The notes under the pieces: generated by a model
What the model was told of the DNA's origin: nothing
Database searches by the model: none
The model's input: only the letters and a program-made list of their open reading frames with translations
In this document: positions 34,652-47,000 of the stretch, in pieces
How the letters are laid out: the number at the start of each line of letters is the position of its first letter
Numbering within the stretch: position 1 is the stretch's first letter
Position numbers and translations under genes: made by a program
From: Marsupella aquatica
Lineage: Eukaryota > Plantae > Marchantiophyta
Direction of reading: 5' to 3'
Assembly: GCA_973895155.1 (NCBI GenBank)
Contig: OZ316892.1
Span: 30,262,932 to 30,326,931, forward strand
Length of the DNA stretch: 64,000 nucleotides

Positions 34652-37624
34652 CTAAATGGAAGACTCATAGTACCGTTTAATCCTAAACCCATTGATTCTA
34701 GTGTTAAGTGGGTGACCATCTAAGGTAGTCAATGAAACTGAACCATTATCCCAGATGTGTGTAACTCGGTAAGGACCAATCCAATGAGTATGAAGTTTCC
34801 CAGGAAATAGCATATAACGAGAATCAAAGACTAATGCTAAATCACCAACATCTAACTGCACTACGCGCAGCTTCTTATCATAAGCAAGTTTACGCTGGTT
34901 CTGAATGGTGACTGTATGGTCTAATGCTAAAAGTCTAACTTCTTCTAATTTAACAATATTGGAAAACCGATGTGAGAGACTATCTGAAGGAGAGAGTCGG
35001 TGTGGTACCAAGATACGTTCCGTTGGTAACGAAAATTCTATTGGAATAATACTATTCAGGCCATAGGTCAGATAGAAGGGGGTGTGAAGAGTTGTAATCT
35101 TCTCAACGGTGCGGTAAGCCCATAATGCAGAATGGAGCTTCACATCCCAATCTGTCTTGTGAGATTCTACCATTTTATTCAGAATCTTGCCCATAATGCC
35201 ATTAGCTCTCTCGGTTAAGCCATTAGCTCGGGGGTTGTAAGGAGTAGTTTTGCGATGCTTGATAAGATAAAGGTCAGTGATTAACTCAATAGTTGAGTTA
35301 AGAAAATGCAAACCCCTATCGCTTACCAACTCCAAAGGACAACCAAACCGGGTGATAATGTGCTCAAAGAGAAATGCAGCTGCGGTTATAGCATCATTCT
35401 TGCGAGTAGCTTTCGCCTCTACCCATTTGGTGGCATAATCAGTGGCCAGAATAATATATTTGCTTCGGCTTTTCCGAGCTGCTGGAGAAATTGGGCCAAT
35501 AAAATCAATCCCCCATTTCTCAAATGGTGCCAACGGAAGGATAGGCGTAAGAGGCCATTTGGAACTAGCAGTGGGCTTCCCGATCCTTTGACAGGGATCA
35601 CAGGTCTTAATAAAATTGTAAGTATCTCGATGCATAGTAGGCCACCAGTATCCAGCATCCAAAATTTTCTTAACTGTGGTATTCACAGCATAATGCCCAC
35701 CGGTTTCTCCTGAATGTAAAGCTTCAATTACTTGGGGAAGTTCCCTATCCTCTAGACAACGTCGCAATTGTTGATCAGGACCTTGTTTAAACAAAGTGCC
35801 CCGAATAATGGTATAGGGACCCACCTTATGAGCAAAGACAGCTCGTTCTTCCGCATTAAAGCCTTCAGGGAACGTTCCATGAAGCAGCATGTGCACAATA
35901 TTAAAATATCGAGAAGACTCCCCTTCAATGTGCCACAAATGCTCGTCAGGAAATTCATCGGAGAGATTATGCTGATTCTCCGGACCAGGTAACCGAGATA
36001 GGAAGTCTGCATTCTCATGATGTTTGCCAGGTCGGACATGAACTTCATAATCAAATTCTTGGAGTAGTAAAACCCAGCGGGCTACTCGTCCTGAGAGATC
36101 CACTTGGTTAACCAAATATTTTAAGGAATTATGATCAGTGTGAAAAGTAACCTGATACCCCAACAAATAGTGACGAAATTTCTTACACGCAAAGACGATG
36201 GCCAAAGCTTCCCGTTCAGTGACGGAGTAGTTTTTCTCGGCTGCACTCATTTGGCGGCTGGCATAGTAAATTGGATGGTCACGGTTTTCCACATCCTTCT
36301 GACTGAGATTAGCTCCAATGCAGAACGCAGAAGAGTCAATGAAGACATGAAACTTCTTAGTCCAATCTGGGGGTGACAAAATAGGTGCAGAGATTAACCG
36401 ATCCTTGAGCAACTGGAATGCTTGCTGCCGCTCCTCATTCCATGTATATTCCACATCACTTTTTAACAGTTGGGTTAAGGGTAAGGCAATATTAGCATGT
36501 TTATAAATGAACCGACGATAATACCCCACATGTCCCAGAAAAGCACGAAGCTGCTTTAAATCGGTCGGTGGTTGCAACTCCATAATTACTCTAACCTTCT
36601 CTGTATCAACCTCAATGCCGCGTTGTGAAATAACATGGCCTAACAAAATTCCCTCCTTCATACCAATAAAGCACTTTTCTGGATGAAGACACAACTGAGC
36701 CTCTCTACACTTCTGAAATGTCTTCTCCAAATGGACGAGGTGTTCAGCCGCTGACCCGTAAACACAAAAGTCGTCAATAAAAATCTCCATGAAATGCCGC
36801 AAATATTCTTGAAAAATAATCATCATAATGCGCTGAAAAGTACCCGGGGCATTACACAGCCCAAAAGGCATCATGGTAAATGCATATGTACCCCAGTCGG
36901 TGGTGAACGTAGTCTTGTCGCGATCCTCCTTCCGAATGGACACCTGGTTATAACCAGAGTACCCATCTAAAAAACTGTATAACTCATGCAAGGCCACTGA
37001 ATCAAGTACCAGATCAATAAATGGCAAAGGATAATGATCTTTCCGAGTGGCAGCATTCAACTTCCGGAAGTCTTGACAAACGCGAATTTTCGTTTTACCA
37101 TCGGGTCCCGGCTTTTTGGGGACAATGACAATTGGTGAGACCCATTCACTACTCAAGACCGGGTAGATAAATCCAGCAGTCGTGAGCTTGTCCAACTCGT
37201 CTTTAACCAGGATGGAATATTTGGGATTCAAACGGTACTGTCTCTGTCGGACAGGTACTGCTCCTTCCATAAGGTCAATACGATGTTCGCCCAAATGTGG
37301 ATGGATACCTTTTAAATCAGAATGACTCCAGGCAAAGACATCTTTATACTGGGTTAATAAACTGATATACTGTTCCCGTAGCTCTCCTTCGATATGCTTA
37401 CCAATATTCAAAAACTTGCCTGGCTCAATTTCGATTTTCTGACAAGCTTTTGGATCCACAATTCCATCCGTGAGGTTTGCCGGCTGAAGTCCAAGTTTGG
37501 ATACTTCTGGTGCAAATGGCTCAAGGGTAGCTGACACTCCCATATCATGGTGTAAATCCCTATTAGCCTCAGTATTAGGAGGTTCGTCTGCTGCTGGGCC
37601 CACTTCCGATGATGAAGTTAATTG
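34652..37624 (-). CDS. pol: Element E Pol (RT, RNase H, integrase)
   Basis: RVCQDFRKLN, IFIDDF, FIDSSAFCIG, HHCC (LHSGETGGH...CDPCQ), WGIDFIG/LVSDRG/GLTERAN, GPY. Uninterrupted and in frame with gag-PR behind one TGA. Confidence 0.97.
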   Translation of the reverse strand, partial: QLTSSSEVGPAADEPPNTEANRDLHHDMGVSATLEPFAPEVSKLGLQPANLTDGIVDPKACQKIEIEPGKFLNIGKHIEGELREQYISLLTQYKDVFAWSHSDLKGIHPHLGEHRIDLMEGAVPVRQRQYRLNPKYSILVKDELDKLTTAGFIYPVLSSEWVSPIVIVPKKPGPDGKTKIRVCQDFRKLNAATRKDHYPLPFIDLVLDSVALHELYSFLDGYSGYNQVSIRKEDRDKTTFTTDWGTYAFTMMPFGLCNAPGTFQRIMMIIFQEYLRHFMEIFIDDFCVYGSAAEHLVHLEKTFQKCREAQLCLHPEKCFIGMKEGILLGHVISQRGIEVDTEKVRVIMELQPPTDLKQLRAFLGHVGYYRRFIYKHANIALPLTQLLKSDVEYTWNEERQQAFQLLKDRLISAPILSPPDWTKKFHVFIDSSAFCIGANLSQKDVENRDHPIYYASRQMSAAEKNYSVTEREALAIVFACKKFRHYLLGYQVTFHTDHNSLKYLVNQVDLSGRVARWVLLLQEFDYEVHVRPGKHHENADFLSRLPGPENQHNLSDEFPDEHLWHIEGESSRYFNIVHMLLHGTFPEGFNAEERAVFAHKVGPYTIIRGTLFKQGPDQQLRRCLEDRELPQVIEALHSGETGGHYAVNTTVKKILDAGYWWPTMHRDTYNFIKTCDPCQRIGKPTASSKWPLTPILPLAPFEKWGIDFIGPISPAARKSRSKYIILATDYATKWVEAKATRKNDAITAAAFLFEHIITRFGCPLELVSDRGLHFLNSTIELITDLYLIKHRKTTPYNPRANGLTERANGIMGKILNKMVESHKTDWDVKLHSALWAYRTVEKITTLHTPFYLTYGLNSIIPIEFSLPTERILVPHRLSPSDSLSHRFSNIVKLEEVRLLALDHTVTIQNQRKLAYDKKLRVVQLDVGDLALVFDSRYMLFPGKLHTHWIGPYRVTHIWDNGSVSLTTLDGHPLNTRINGFRIKRYYESSI

Positions 37625-37627
37625 TCA
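37619..37627 (-). promoter_or_regulatory. Putative stop-codon readthrough signal TGA-CAA-TTA
   Basis: Minus strand reads TCC TGA CAA TTA ACT TCA, matching stop-CARYYA. Confidence 0.85.
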
Positions 37628-40600
37628 GGAGGGCCTAGTTGGTTTTATGGGAGCATCAGACAGATAAACTTCCAAGTAACGAACTTCCTCCAGTTCAAAT
37701 TCCAATGGCTGCAGGACTAGCGAAGAGGTCGAAAAATCCGAGGTGTACCCATCATCTGTTTGTGTTTCTCCAAAATGTGGTTCCGGAACCCAACTAACAG
37801 TCACCTTAGGCTTCCCAAATGAAAGCTCTTGAGATTGCCAATTAACCTGAACTTGAGCCTTATACAACCATGGTCGGCCTAACAAAACAGGAAAGCTGGA
37901 TGGTATTTCCGGATTAATAACCACATAATCCAACAGAAAAGGGACACCAGCAATCAAAGTTTCTACTTTGGTCAGCTTCCCTATGGGTACCACACGAGAC
38001 TGATCCGCCATGCGCAAAATCTTGGGAGTGGGCTCAAACTTAGTGAAACCCAAATTAAATGCTGCTGACTGTGTAATCAGATTAACGCTGGCTCCTCCAT
38101 CCACAGGAACTCTCCGAATGACACACCCCTGGATTTGAACCTCAATTTCCATCGGTCCTTTGTCCTCCCACTCTGTTCGTAGCACATCCACAGAAGGTAA
38201 CTTCTTCTTCCTCCGTTTTCCTGCAAGGAGGCTCCTCAGCTGTCGCCTATAAACCGGATTGTCCTGTAATAATTCCCCAATGGTGATATGTGCAGGATGA
38301 TTCTTGACATCTTCAACAATATCATAACCTGGATTTTTCAGTGGCTCTTTAGCTTTGACTACTACTGGTGGGTTAGGAGATTGCACTTGCTCCTTAACTA
38401 GCTCTTCCAGATGGTCTTTCACTTCCAAAGAGATGTCGGGCAAGAAGTATTTTGGGTCATATCGGTCATAAGCAGGGTCGTCTTCTTTGTCGAGGCCTTC
38501 CTTACATGGCTTGCGCCCTTCATCCTTGGGAGCTTTCGCGACCTTCTGATGCTCGTGCTTCTTGGTCTCCTTTTTCTTCGAACGAGTAGTTGCGTAAATA
38601 TTAGTCAGAACTTTATCCCGATTCTGAACTCGATCATTCGGCATACCAACTACTTCAGGTTTCACTAAATGACTTACCAAGACATCAGGCACCACCCCGG
38701 ATACTGGTTGATGAAAAAGTGAATCTGGCTTTAATTCCACCCGATTTACATCCATATGTTGAATGAAGCTGCATTGCTCCATCTCTTCAGAATAAACCAT
38801 CCGAATCTTGGCTTCAGGTCGACTTGCTTCTTTAACTGGCTCTTGAGCAAATCGAACCATCAGCCTAGGCTTAGCCGGATTCGGGCATTCCACCGGTAAG
38901 TGTCCTTCTTTTCCACAGTTCCCACAGACAGGTGTATACCCCACCTCCTGTTTGGGATAAGGGCACTGGGGTGAATAATGATCAGGTTGGCCACAATTCC
39001 AACAAGCCCCTTTTTGACGCGGCATTCCTCGTGGTGGGTATCCTCCCGGGGGTCCCATGGGTGGTCTTGACGTTGGTTTATTGAAAGTGGGCTTAGGTGG
39101 TCCCCAAGTCGGTCTGGAAGCAGGAGGTGGTGGGAAATACTGTCCAGGGGGTGCTGTTTGGACGGTATACGTGGGATCGTACTCATACTCCTCAGCCTCT
39201 TCTTGACCATCTACATAATTCACCGGGGTTCGTAATGTGGGGCACTCATTCGGGTAATGGCCCTGCTGACTGCATCGGGTGCACCATACGTTCATTCTCA
39301 TGGGAGCAGGCAACCTTCGTACTGGTTTTACCGCGGCGATATTGACATTCAACTTGGACAATTGGCCAGAGAGTTCTTCCATCATGCGATCCATCTTCTT
39401 CTGGTTGGGAACTTTATTATTCCCTTTTACAGAGGATTTCTTCTTTTTAGGAGCAACGGATTCTGAGTCGGAACTTGAGCTTGAACTATCACTAGTGCTC
39501 GAATTTGTACTCTCGTCCTCCTCACTAGTGCTACTTTCACTTGATTCCGTCTCCGAGTCAGATTTAGACCTGGACGTTTTCTTCTTCTTTCTTTTGTCTT
39601 TCTTCAGGTCCTTCTTAACTCGTTTTCTCTCTGAAATCTCCGAGTCTACGTACTTCTGGGCTGCCTCTTGTACTTCTTCCAAAGTGGTGCCACCTTCTCG
39701 TCTCACGTAACGAGCAATCCTGGAGGGTAAACCGTTAATAAACCAGTCCTTGATAGTAGATTTCGAGGTAGCTGGATTATATTGATCTACCAAATCCAAT
39801 AATTTGTCGGCATATTTCCTCACAGACCCATGTTTCTTCATGTGCAGATGTGAGATTCGGGCAAAGGCACGCGCAGCTGCTCCTTCTTCTTTATATTTGG
39901 CCAAGAAAGCAGCCTTCAATTTCCCCCAATCCTGCTTGTCCGGAAAACGGTCATACCATTTCTGAGCACCCTTTTTCATTAGACCACCAAACAGATTGGC
40001 TTTTTCAGCGTCTTGACTCTGTCCATTGGATGCAGCTGCAGCTTCAAATTCTTTCAAATACACCTCTGCATCCTCCTTGGAAGTACCGAAGAACCGGTCG
40101 TACCTCACATTATTTCGAGCCATCGTGGTTGGAGCTAGGAGGGTAACGAAAGGAAGAGCTGATCGGGTAGCAAATGGGTTTGGGCTGCCCAAGCCTGAAC
40201 TGCTGCTTGTCTCACTAGAAGACGAACCACCGGCTTCACTCAGTGGTTCTGGATTATCCAATTGTGAAAGATCGACAGAATTATCTTGGGCCAGCGATTC
40301 TGCAACTGTATTCTCGGGCAAACCCAAATTTCTTCCTTCGGTATGAGATAAGGCCCTCTCAGTGGTACTATCCACACCAGAGTCAATTTGGTTCACCGAA
40401 CGTACTGTCTGCTGGCGGAGCTTGGTCTTTTGAGAACCAATAAGTTTTGGACCTGAACGAAGATTTACAAACAGGGGTCGGGTCGACGTGGGCCTTTCCA
40501 AAGAGCCACTTGCCTCTTGAATAGATCCCACTTGTTTCCACACACTACCCGGTGCAGGTGCTCCTGGTGACTGGAATTCGGGTAACAATGTGCGAGGGGT

Positions 40601-40678
40601 CACTACTAATTTTGCAGCATCCGAATTACTGGAGGTCTTGGTAGGTTTTCTTTTATTCGGTGGATCTCCCTCAGACAT
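37625..40678 (-). CDS. gag: Element E Gag-protease (1017 aa; the true start may be the internal MARNN)
   Basis: Gag FFGTSKEDAEVYL/AQKWY, three CCHC knuckles, protease PVDGGAS...LLGRPWL. Confidence 0.95.
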   Translation of the reverse strand: MSEGDPPNKRKPTKTSSNSDAAKLVVTPRTLLPEFQSPGAPAPGSVWKQVGSIQEASGSLERPTSTRPLFVNLRSGPKLIGSQKTKLRQQTVRSVNQIDSGVDSTTERALSHTEGRNLGLPENTVAESLAQDNSVDLSQLDNPEPLSEAGGSSSSETSSSSGLGSPNPFATRSALPFVTLLAPTTMARNNVRYDRFFGTSKEDAEVYLKEFEAAAASNGQSQDAEKANLFGGLMKKGAQKWYDRFPDKQDWGKLKAAFLAKYKEEGAAARAFARISHLHMKKHGSVRKYADKLLDLVDQYNPATSKSTIKDWFINGLPSRIARYVRREGGTTLEEVQEAAQKYVDSEISERKRVKKDLKKDKRKKKKTSRSKSDSETESSESSTSEEDESTNSSTSDSSSSSSDSESVAPKKKKSSVKGNNKVPNQKKMDRMMEELSGQLSKLNVNIAAVKPVRRLPAPMRMNVWCTRCSQQGHYPNECPTLRTPVNYVDGQEEAEEYEYDPTYTVQTAPPGQYFPPPPASRPTWGPPKPTFNKPTSRPPMGPPGGYPPRGMPRQKGACWNCGQPDHYSPQCPYPKQEVGYTPVCGNCGKEGHLPVECPNPAKPRLMVRFAQEPVKEASRPEAKIRMVYSEEMEQCSFIQHMDVNRVELKPDSLFHQPVSGVVPDVLVSHLVKPEVVGMPNDRVQNRDKVLTNIYATTRSKKKETKKHEHQKVAKAPKDEGRKPCKEGLDKEDDPAYDRYDPKYFLPDISLEVKDHLEELVKEQVQSPNPPVVVKAKEPLKNPGYDIVEDVKNHPAHITIGELLQDNPVYRRQLRSLLAGKRRKKKLPSVDVLRTEWEDKGPMEIEVQIQGCVIRRVPVDGGASVNLITQSAAFNLGFTKFEPTPKILRMADQSRVVPIGKLTKVETLIAGVPFLLDYVVINPEIPSSFPVLLGRPWLYKAQVQVNWQSQELSFGKPKVTVSWVPEPHFGETQTDDGYTSDFSTSSLVLQPLEFELEEVRYLEVYLSDAPIKPTRPS

Positions 40679-41872
40679 CCCTCATTCTCCAAGCACGGGT
40701 GATTTTGAGACACCAGACCCGCTCCTCAGGAGTCTTTATGCAAGGAGTCACCATTTAGGTGCGACGTTATCACCCCACTCCGGGAGATATGAACCTGCTT
40801 CCTCAAAGTGACTTCCCGTAGCGTCGTTCAACATCCCTTGCATGATTCCTCCCCCTTGCTATCCCGTAGCTAATACTTCCCTTCAGTGACCAGCCGAGAT
40901 TCTAAAACCTCATTTTCTCTGGTGCGTCCTTCAGGTTGAGACGCGGAAAGGCACACCAGAAGCGTCGCGCACGTTGGTTCGTCACAGATTCCACCGGACG
41001 CTGCTCACAGCGTCCACTGGGATCGGACGCTACTCGAAGCGTCCTGACTTGCGGAATCTTCTGGGACGAATCGCATTGGACGCTCTTCGCGGCGTCCTTC
41101 CTTATCTCCTTTACGGTGGCGATTACTGGAACCGGGCGTTCCCCATAATCTCCGACTTCCTTCACCCTGAAATTTCTTTACCACATGGTACGCTACACTA
41201 GGCCATCCTACTAATCAGACGTCTAACTCCTTCCTAATCTTCTACGCAATTCCTGGTGCATGATTCTTTCCGCTAACTCCCGAATGGAAATGACTAAATA
41301 TCACTCCTGTGTGATCCTACCATTCAGCCTTAATATTACTAAATGCAAACTTTCATCTTCCCACCAGGTGATAGTTAACCAATGTATGCCATTCCTCCCT
41401 CTCAGGCTCAGAACCCAAGAATTAACATAACGATTCCTCAAATTCCTAATTCTTAATGTTCCCAAAGATCGGATAGGTGGCATCGGTCACACGAACCAGG
41501 ATGGTTGGACAATTTTACAAATCATACGTCCCGAGCAACGTTAGAATAACTTCACTTGTCACTCAAAGTGTCTTTGGTGTCTTCGACTATCTCCAAAGCA
41601 ACTTGACGAGCAACAGCTCCTCTCTGTGAGGCCTTTTCTGGTGGGAGGGCGGTTTCTTCTCTTAAGTTTGGCACCACAAATTTTTCCAATACTCTTAAGA
41701 GAGCTTCCGGGGCGCTTTGGATAGAGTACGGCATCACCTCGAAATGGAAGCTCTTCATCTTTTTAACTGGAGTGATGACGCATCTTCACAATTATAGTAG
41801 AACGTGAATTCCTCTCCCGTCTAGCTCCTTCTGGCATACACTGCCTGTACGTCAATTCAATCTTAAATTCAT

Positions 41873-41890
41873 TCCCCGGCAGCGGCGCCA
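41873..41890 (-). promoter_or_regulatory. Primer binding site (Athila-type, tRNA-Asp-like)
   Basis: TGGCGCCGCTGCCGGGGA, 6 nt after the 5' LTR. Confidence 0.88.
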
Positions 41891-41896
41891 AAAAGA

Positions 41897-43286
41897 TGTC
41901 GTATAGTGCTAAGTATCAAAAGTGACTCTCCTCACCTAAAACTAGGGTTTCGATCCCTTTAAGAACAGATTTCAGAATGAATTGTATAACTTTTATCACT
42001 CCGAGTGATTTAGAGTCTTGAGCTCTATGTTGACTTCACTTCTCAATAAAAAAATCGAATAAACAAACAACAAAGTAACTGAACTTCTGATTTATGAATT
42101 AGAGAAGAAATGAGTAAGGATTTAGAGACTACAAGCTGCTACTGCCACTCCTTCAGAAAGGATTTGGGCTCAGTATAGACATGAAATCTATCTCATAATT
42201 CATCCATCTCACTCTTCAAAACACAAAGGTTAATGATAATGGAATTCTCAATCTGATGAAGCAGAAGCTTTCTGATTGCAAATGAATGATATGATTTAAA
42301 ATGCCGTCAACATGGTTTGACATCAGCGATACGCAATTCAGTCAAACTCTAAACCATATTCCAGAATCAAAGCAACAGTACTAACTACTCTGAGAATCAG
42401 AATTTACTTCTCATTTATCATTAACTATTCTTGAATTGGCTAGCGAATCCCGACTCTGCAAGCAAGCCTAGCAGTGAATTCAATACGAGTTTCAGAAATC
42501 TGCAACTGAATTCAATCACCACAGGAATCTCTTGAATTCAATCTTAACTTCAATCAATATAGCTTTACTTCCATACAAAACACTCACAGCATGCCTTGTT
42601 ACAATGGAAGGAGGAGAAAACTATTCAGAAGACTCAATTCTGAATACAGTATTAACTCTATTTCTCTCTACTTCAAATGAGCATTCTACTCTGTCTTATA
42701 AGTGCTGGAATCCTAAAATGGAGGAGGTAAGAACAGTCGTGCCTTTCCAAGCTTAAAACTAAACAAGGGAGAAGCACAGCATAAGTACTTCAACAAGGGT
42801 GGTAGAATACTACTTTACTAGTAATCTACTTCAAAAACTAAGTGTTGAGCGGACGCTGCTAGAAGCGTCGGGAGAATCTGGACGCTGCTAGAAGCGTCTT
42901 AAGTAAAACCAACGGACGCTGCTCACACTGCTCACAGCGTCAATACTAGGGTGGACGCTGCTCATAGCGTCGTGTGTTGAAGCTGACGCTTTCCACAGCG
43001 TCGGTCGAAATCCTCATAGAGTCTTGGTGGCGGTCGGGCGCTGCCAAAAGCGTCATGAGGAGGTTGGACGCTTCCGCAGCGTCTTGAGTAAAAGAAACGG
43101 GCGCTGGTCACAGCGTCGGGCAAAGTACACTAGGAATCGTCAGGAAAGCCGGAGATGTCAAATATTTCTATAAGTGTCCAGAACAAGTAAATGTTGGCCG
43201 GAAGGTGTCTAAAGTGTAAGTAAATCTTGTGATATGCTAAAAATAAACAAGTTTCCAGAAAAAATTGCAGGGACACCCATACCACA
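41897..43286 (-). repeat. 5' LTR of element E
   Basis: Direct repeat of 29739-31128. Confidence 0.97.
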
Positions 43287-44071
43287 TGGCTAGGTGGGGA
43301 GCTACACCAGAGATAGTGGATTTTCCTCGGGCGTTGTGGCAGAGCCGATAGGATCCACAACTCCGTCTATCATCGGCAACAAATTAAATACCAAAGGATC
43401 GGCTTACAAGCCGATCACAAGGGCAGAACAAATTGAGGCCCTGCTAGAAGCCGGAAGAGCACGACGGCCTGACCCTCAGGAAGCAAGAATAGATAAGATG
43501 CACGGGAAGAAACCAGAGCCGAGTCAAGAAAGGGAGTCGACAACCAATTCAAAACCAAGCAGAACGGCAAGGGAACAGTCTGTTAATAACCAGGGAGAAC
43601 CTAAGTCAACCAATTCGACTAGTTCTGCAGAGATTCCAGTCTATGGAGGTATGAGACTGGAGAGGCTGGAAGCCGAGTTGGACCCAAATTTGAAGAAGCA
43701 AATTAATATGATCCAAGCACGGCAACACCGGAAGCTAGACTTAGGAGAAAGAAGGGAACTGAACTTGGGGCAGGACCTAGCACCTGAGCTTGAGAAAGAG
43801 ATCAGTGAATTACTAATTGAATTTCAAGATGTGTTCGCATGGAGTCACCAAGATCTGAAGGGAGTAGACCCAAAACTAGGAGAACACCGAATCGATCTCA
43901 TGTTAGGGGCCAAATCATTTTGGCAACCCATTCAAAGGATGAACCCTAACTATTCCTTGATGGTCAAAAATGAAATGTGTCGAGCTGAGAGAGGTCTTAG
44001 CGGCTTAACCAAGCCTATTGGGGATCATTCCGGCGGCGGAATCCAAATATACCTAACCAACAGGAGGGGAA

Positions 44072-47000
44072 TGTAGTTTGCTATGAAGAACCAAAAACAC
44101 ATTTATAGGTCTTCAAACTCGGTATTCATTCCCGTAAAGAACAAGATGGGGGTGGTTTGATACATAAAAACACAAATGAGAGTTTAAGAACTCTCTTTAA
44201 CACATAGTAATCAGAATTGATTACTTTAATAAGGTATTTTGAAGATCGCTCCACAGCGGTGAGTAGTTTTCAATGATAACTCAGCATCAGGTAACCATAA
44301 ATTAATGAAAAGGAAATGATTAACAAAACACAAGAGAAAATAATCTCAAAGTACGCTAAGGGAGTCTGGAATAGACCAAGGTTACTCCTTAGACATAAGT
44401 CAAAATGAAAAGACTTAAGGACTCAAATCCACGTTTGCTTTTCAGATCTAAAATGCTTACTAGAGTACCTTTTAAAATGCCGTCAACATGTCTTATCCTT
44501 TCTTTCTAAGTGGTACTCAGATAAGATCTAAAAGGTAGCTACTTCAACATTTAGATGGTACTAAGCAACATGAAAGAAAATCCATCAATTTCAATGAGAC
44601 TTAAACTCAATGAGTTAACTTCAAGAACTCAAGAGATTGTAATGAGTCACCAATAAGGAATCTATCATTACAACTCAAAAGATTTGCACAAAAGGAATTT
44701 TACTTCCTGTGTTTATAATCATAGATAAAAACACAAGAAGGAGGTAAGTCTCTCCAAATGTTAAACCTGATCTCGAACTCATAGATTCATGATCAACTAG
44801 TTTAACACAAGGAAGAGGCAGAAATGCATAACTTAACCATAAACTACACTAGTGGTGGAGGGGTCTTATAGTAAAATCCTACAGGGTAAGAGGTCATAGA
44901 GTCGAAGAGACATGCCTCTTCATACTCCTCAAAAAGTCAAAACAGTGATTCAGTAAGTGAAAAGCCAAGAAATGGCTAAGTAAGAACCCGTAAAAGCGTA
45001 AAAGCGTAAAGACGTAAACTCGTAAAAGCATAAAAACGTAAAGGCGTAATCCGGTAAATGCGGTAGACTTAAAGACTTACCAAATTCAACTATTTTTAAC
45101 TTTCTACTCCTGGCTCGGAAAATTCTGAAATTTTTCCAGTGAGTTTCTCTACGTATAGACTATGTACTAAAGGAGTTTCATAGCTTTTAAAGCTCTAGAA
45201 CACATTTTGAAAAATAGGGAAAAATGCACTATTCTTAAAACTAATTAAAACACTTAGATTCTGCCTCAAGCTTGTTGTCGGATGTCGTCTGGTTCGAGTA
45301 GCTCCACTGCTGTGATAGTTCGATTCTGTGTAACTTCCATCAGCTCAGCTTGGCGTGAGGACCCTCGTGAGTAGGGTAGGCATCTCAATTGCCTTTCAGG
45401 ATACATCAGGGGCATTCTTCTCCTTAGATAACATATGTCTATTCGAAGAGCTTCTCTATATATCCCAATCACGTCATAATTATTGCAAGTAGCAGCATAT
45501 ACTTGGGGATAATGGTATAGAAATTCATCAGAGTTCAGCATCCTGGAATAGAAAGGGTGAAGCCTCCATTTGACATCTCTGAAATACCGGTTGAAGTTGG
45601 CTAGAGTTTGAGAGGTGACATTGTTCTAGATCCTCTGTTTCTCAGCTAATGAATTGGCTGAAACAAGGGTAACCTTGGGCTCTCGAGGAAGGTAAGCGTT
45701 CTGGGGAGAAGTAGATTTCTTACTCTGCATGAGAAAAGAAATCACAAAATCTAGGGCATAAGCTGCTAAATTTCCAAAATATGCTAGGGCTAAATCTGGA
45801 TCCTCCACTTCTACATCACCCTGAAGTAGCATCACAGCAAGAATGGGTCGGAAGTAGAGAGAGTCAGTCCAAAACTCGTCGAATTGTGCCATCTCCACTC
45901 TGGAAGTTCCACAACACCTGAGGTCGAAGATATAACTCGCCTCTGTCTTCTTGAGATAGTAGTATTTCCAAAATTCTCCAACCGGTGGTCTGTTGGCCTG
46001 CATAATCTTACAGGTCTCCACATACCTGTGCACTTGGGACTCTGGATGTCTCGGGTATCTACTCTCGATGGTGGCATTCCGAGGTGTTTGAGTAGATGAG
46101 GTGACAACTGCTACTAAGTTTGGATGGGATCTTAAGGCAGTATCAACATCTTCAAATCCCTACCTTGGGGATGACTCAAGAGAATTATCATAAGATCTAT
46201 AAGTTTCACCATCTGAGGGTGGATCGGAGTCTTCAGGTATATCTTCTCTGACGTAAGGGTGTTCATATTGTGTCCGATTGTAGGTGGGTCCTTCTGTGGG
46301 TTCATAGTTGGAATCAGGGCTGTAGGGTTGCGAACCTGGGCTAGGAGTGGGACTAGCAGTTGGACATTGTTGGATCAAGTTGCGGACCACAGATGCTATC
46401 TGTCGAGGTTCACACTGTAGTAGTTCTAACAAGTCATCCACAATGGCCACACAGCTGATACTATCTGTTACTGGAATAGGCTCACTTGTTTCTAGGGGAG
46501 GGGGGTGTACAGTGACAGGAGTACAGATCACAAACTCCATTGGTGCTGGTTCTCTTGGGGGAGAGGTTATTCTGACAGGGCTTAGCTGATCATGAAATGG
46601 TGATCCCAAACTAACAACCTCCATTCTCAAATTATTAACAGCATCATATAGTCCATCATCACTGCAACTGAGGAGAGATATCAACTTATCAATAAGCTGC
46701 TGATTCGACTCTGCCTTCGAAGGAGTGGACCTGGTGGTCTCATGAGGAGTAGCATCAGTTGGTGTAGCAACATCGTCTTGTTGATGAATGCTCCTTACTT
46801 CTTCAGCTTCTAGTGCATCTGCATCCATAGTTCGGCTAGGGAAATTCTCATTACTTATTGATTGGCAAACAACTTCCCTGCTATGCATAGGGGGATGTGT
46901 AGGGATTTCTAATGAAGTATCCTCCATAGGAACATCAGCATTCTCCTCAACGTTCTGATCATTCGAATTCAATGGGGTGACATGTACAATGTCCTCCATA

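Larger units (their letters stand above)
29739..43286 (-). mobile_element. Full-length, recently inserted Athila-like Ty3/gypsy retrotransposon (family E, 13.5 kb)
   Basis: 1390-bp LTRs with TG...CA ends and about six differences seen by eye; TGGCT TSD (29734-29738, 43287-43291); PBS, gag-PR, RT-RH-INT, accessory ORFs and PPT all present. Confidence 0.97.

Noticed and set aside
35306-40443. Many short plus-strand ORFs over E gag/pol (and similar ones over other elements)
   Set aside because: Shadow frames of real coding sequence with no independent motifs.
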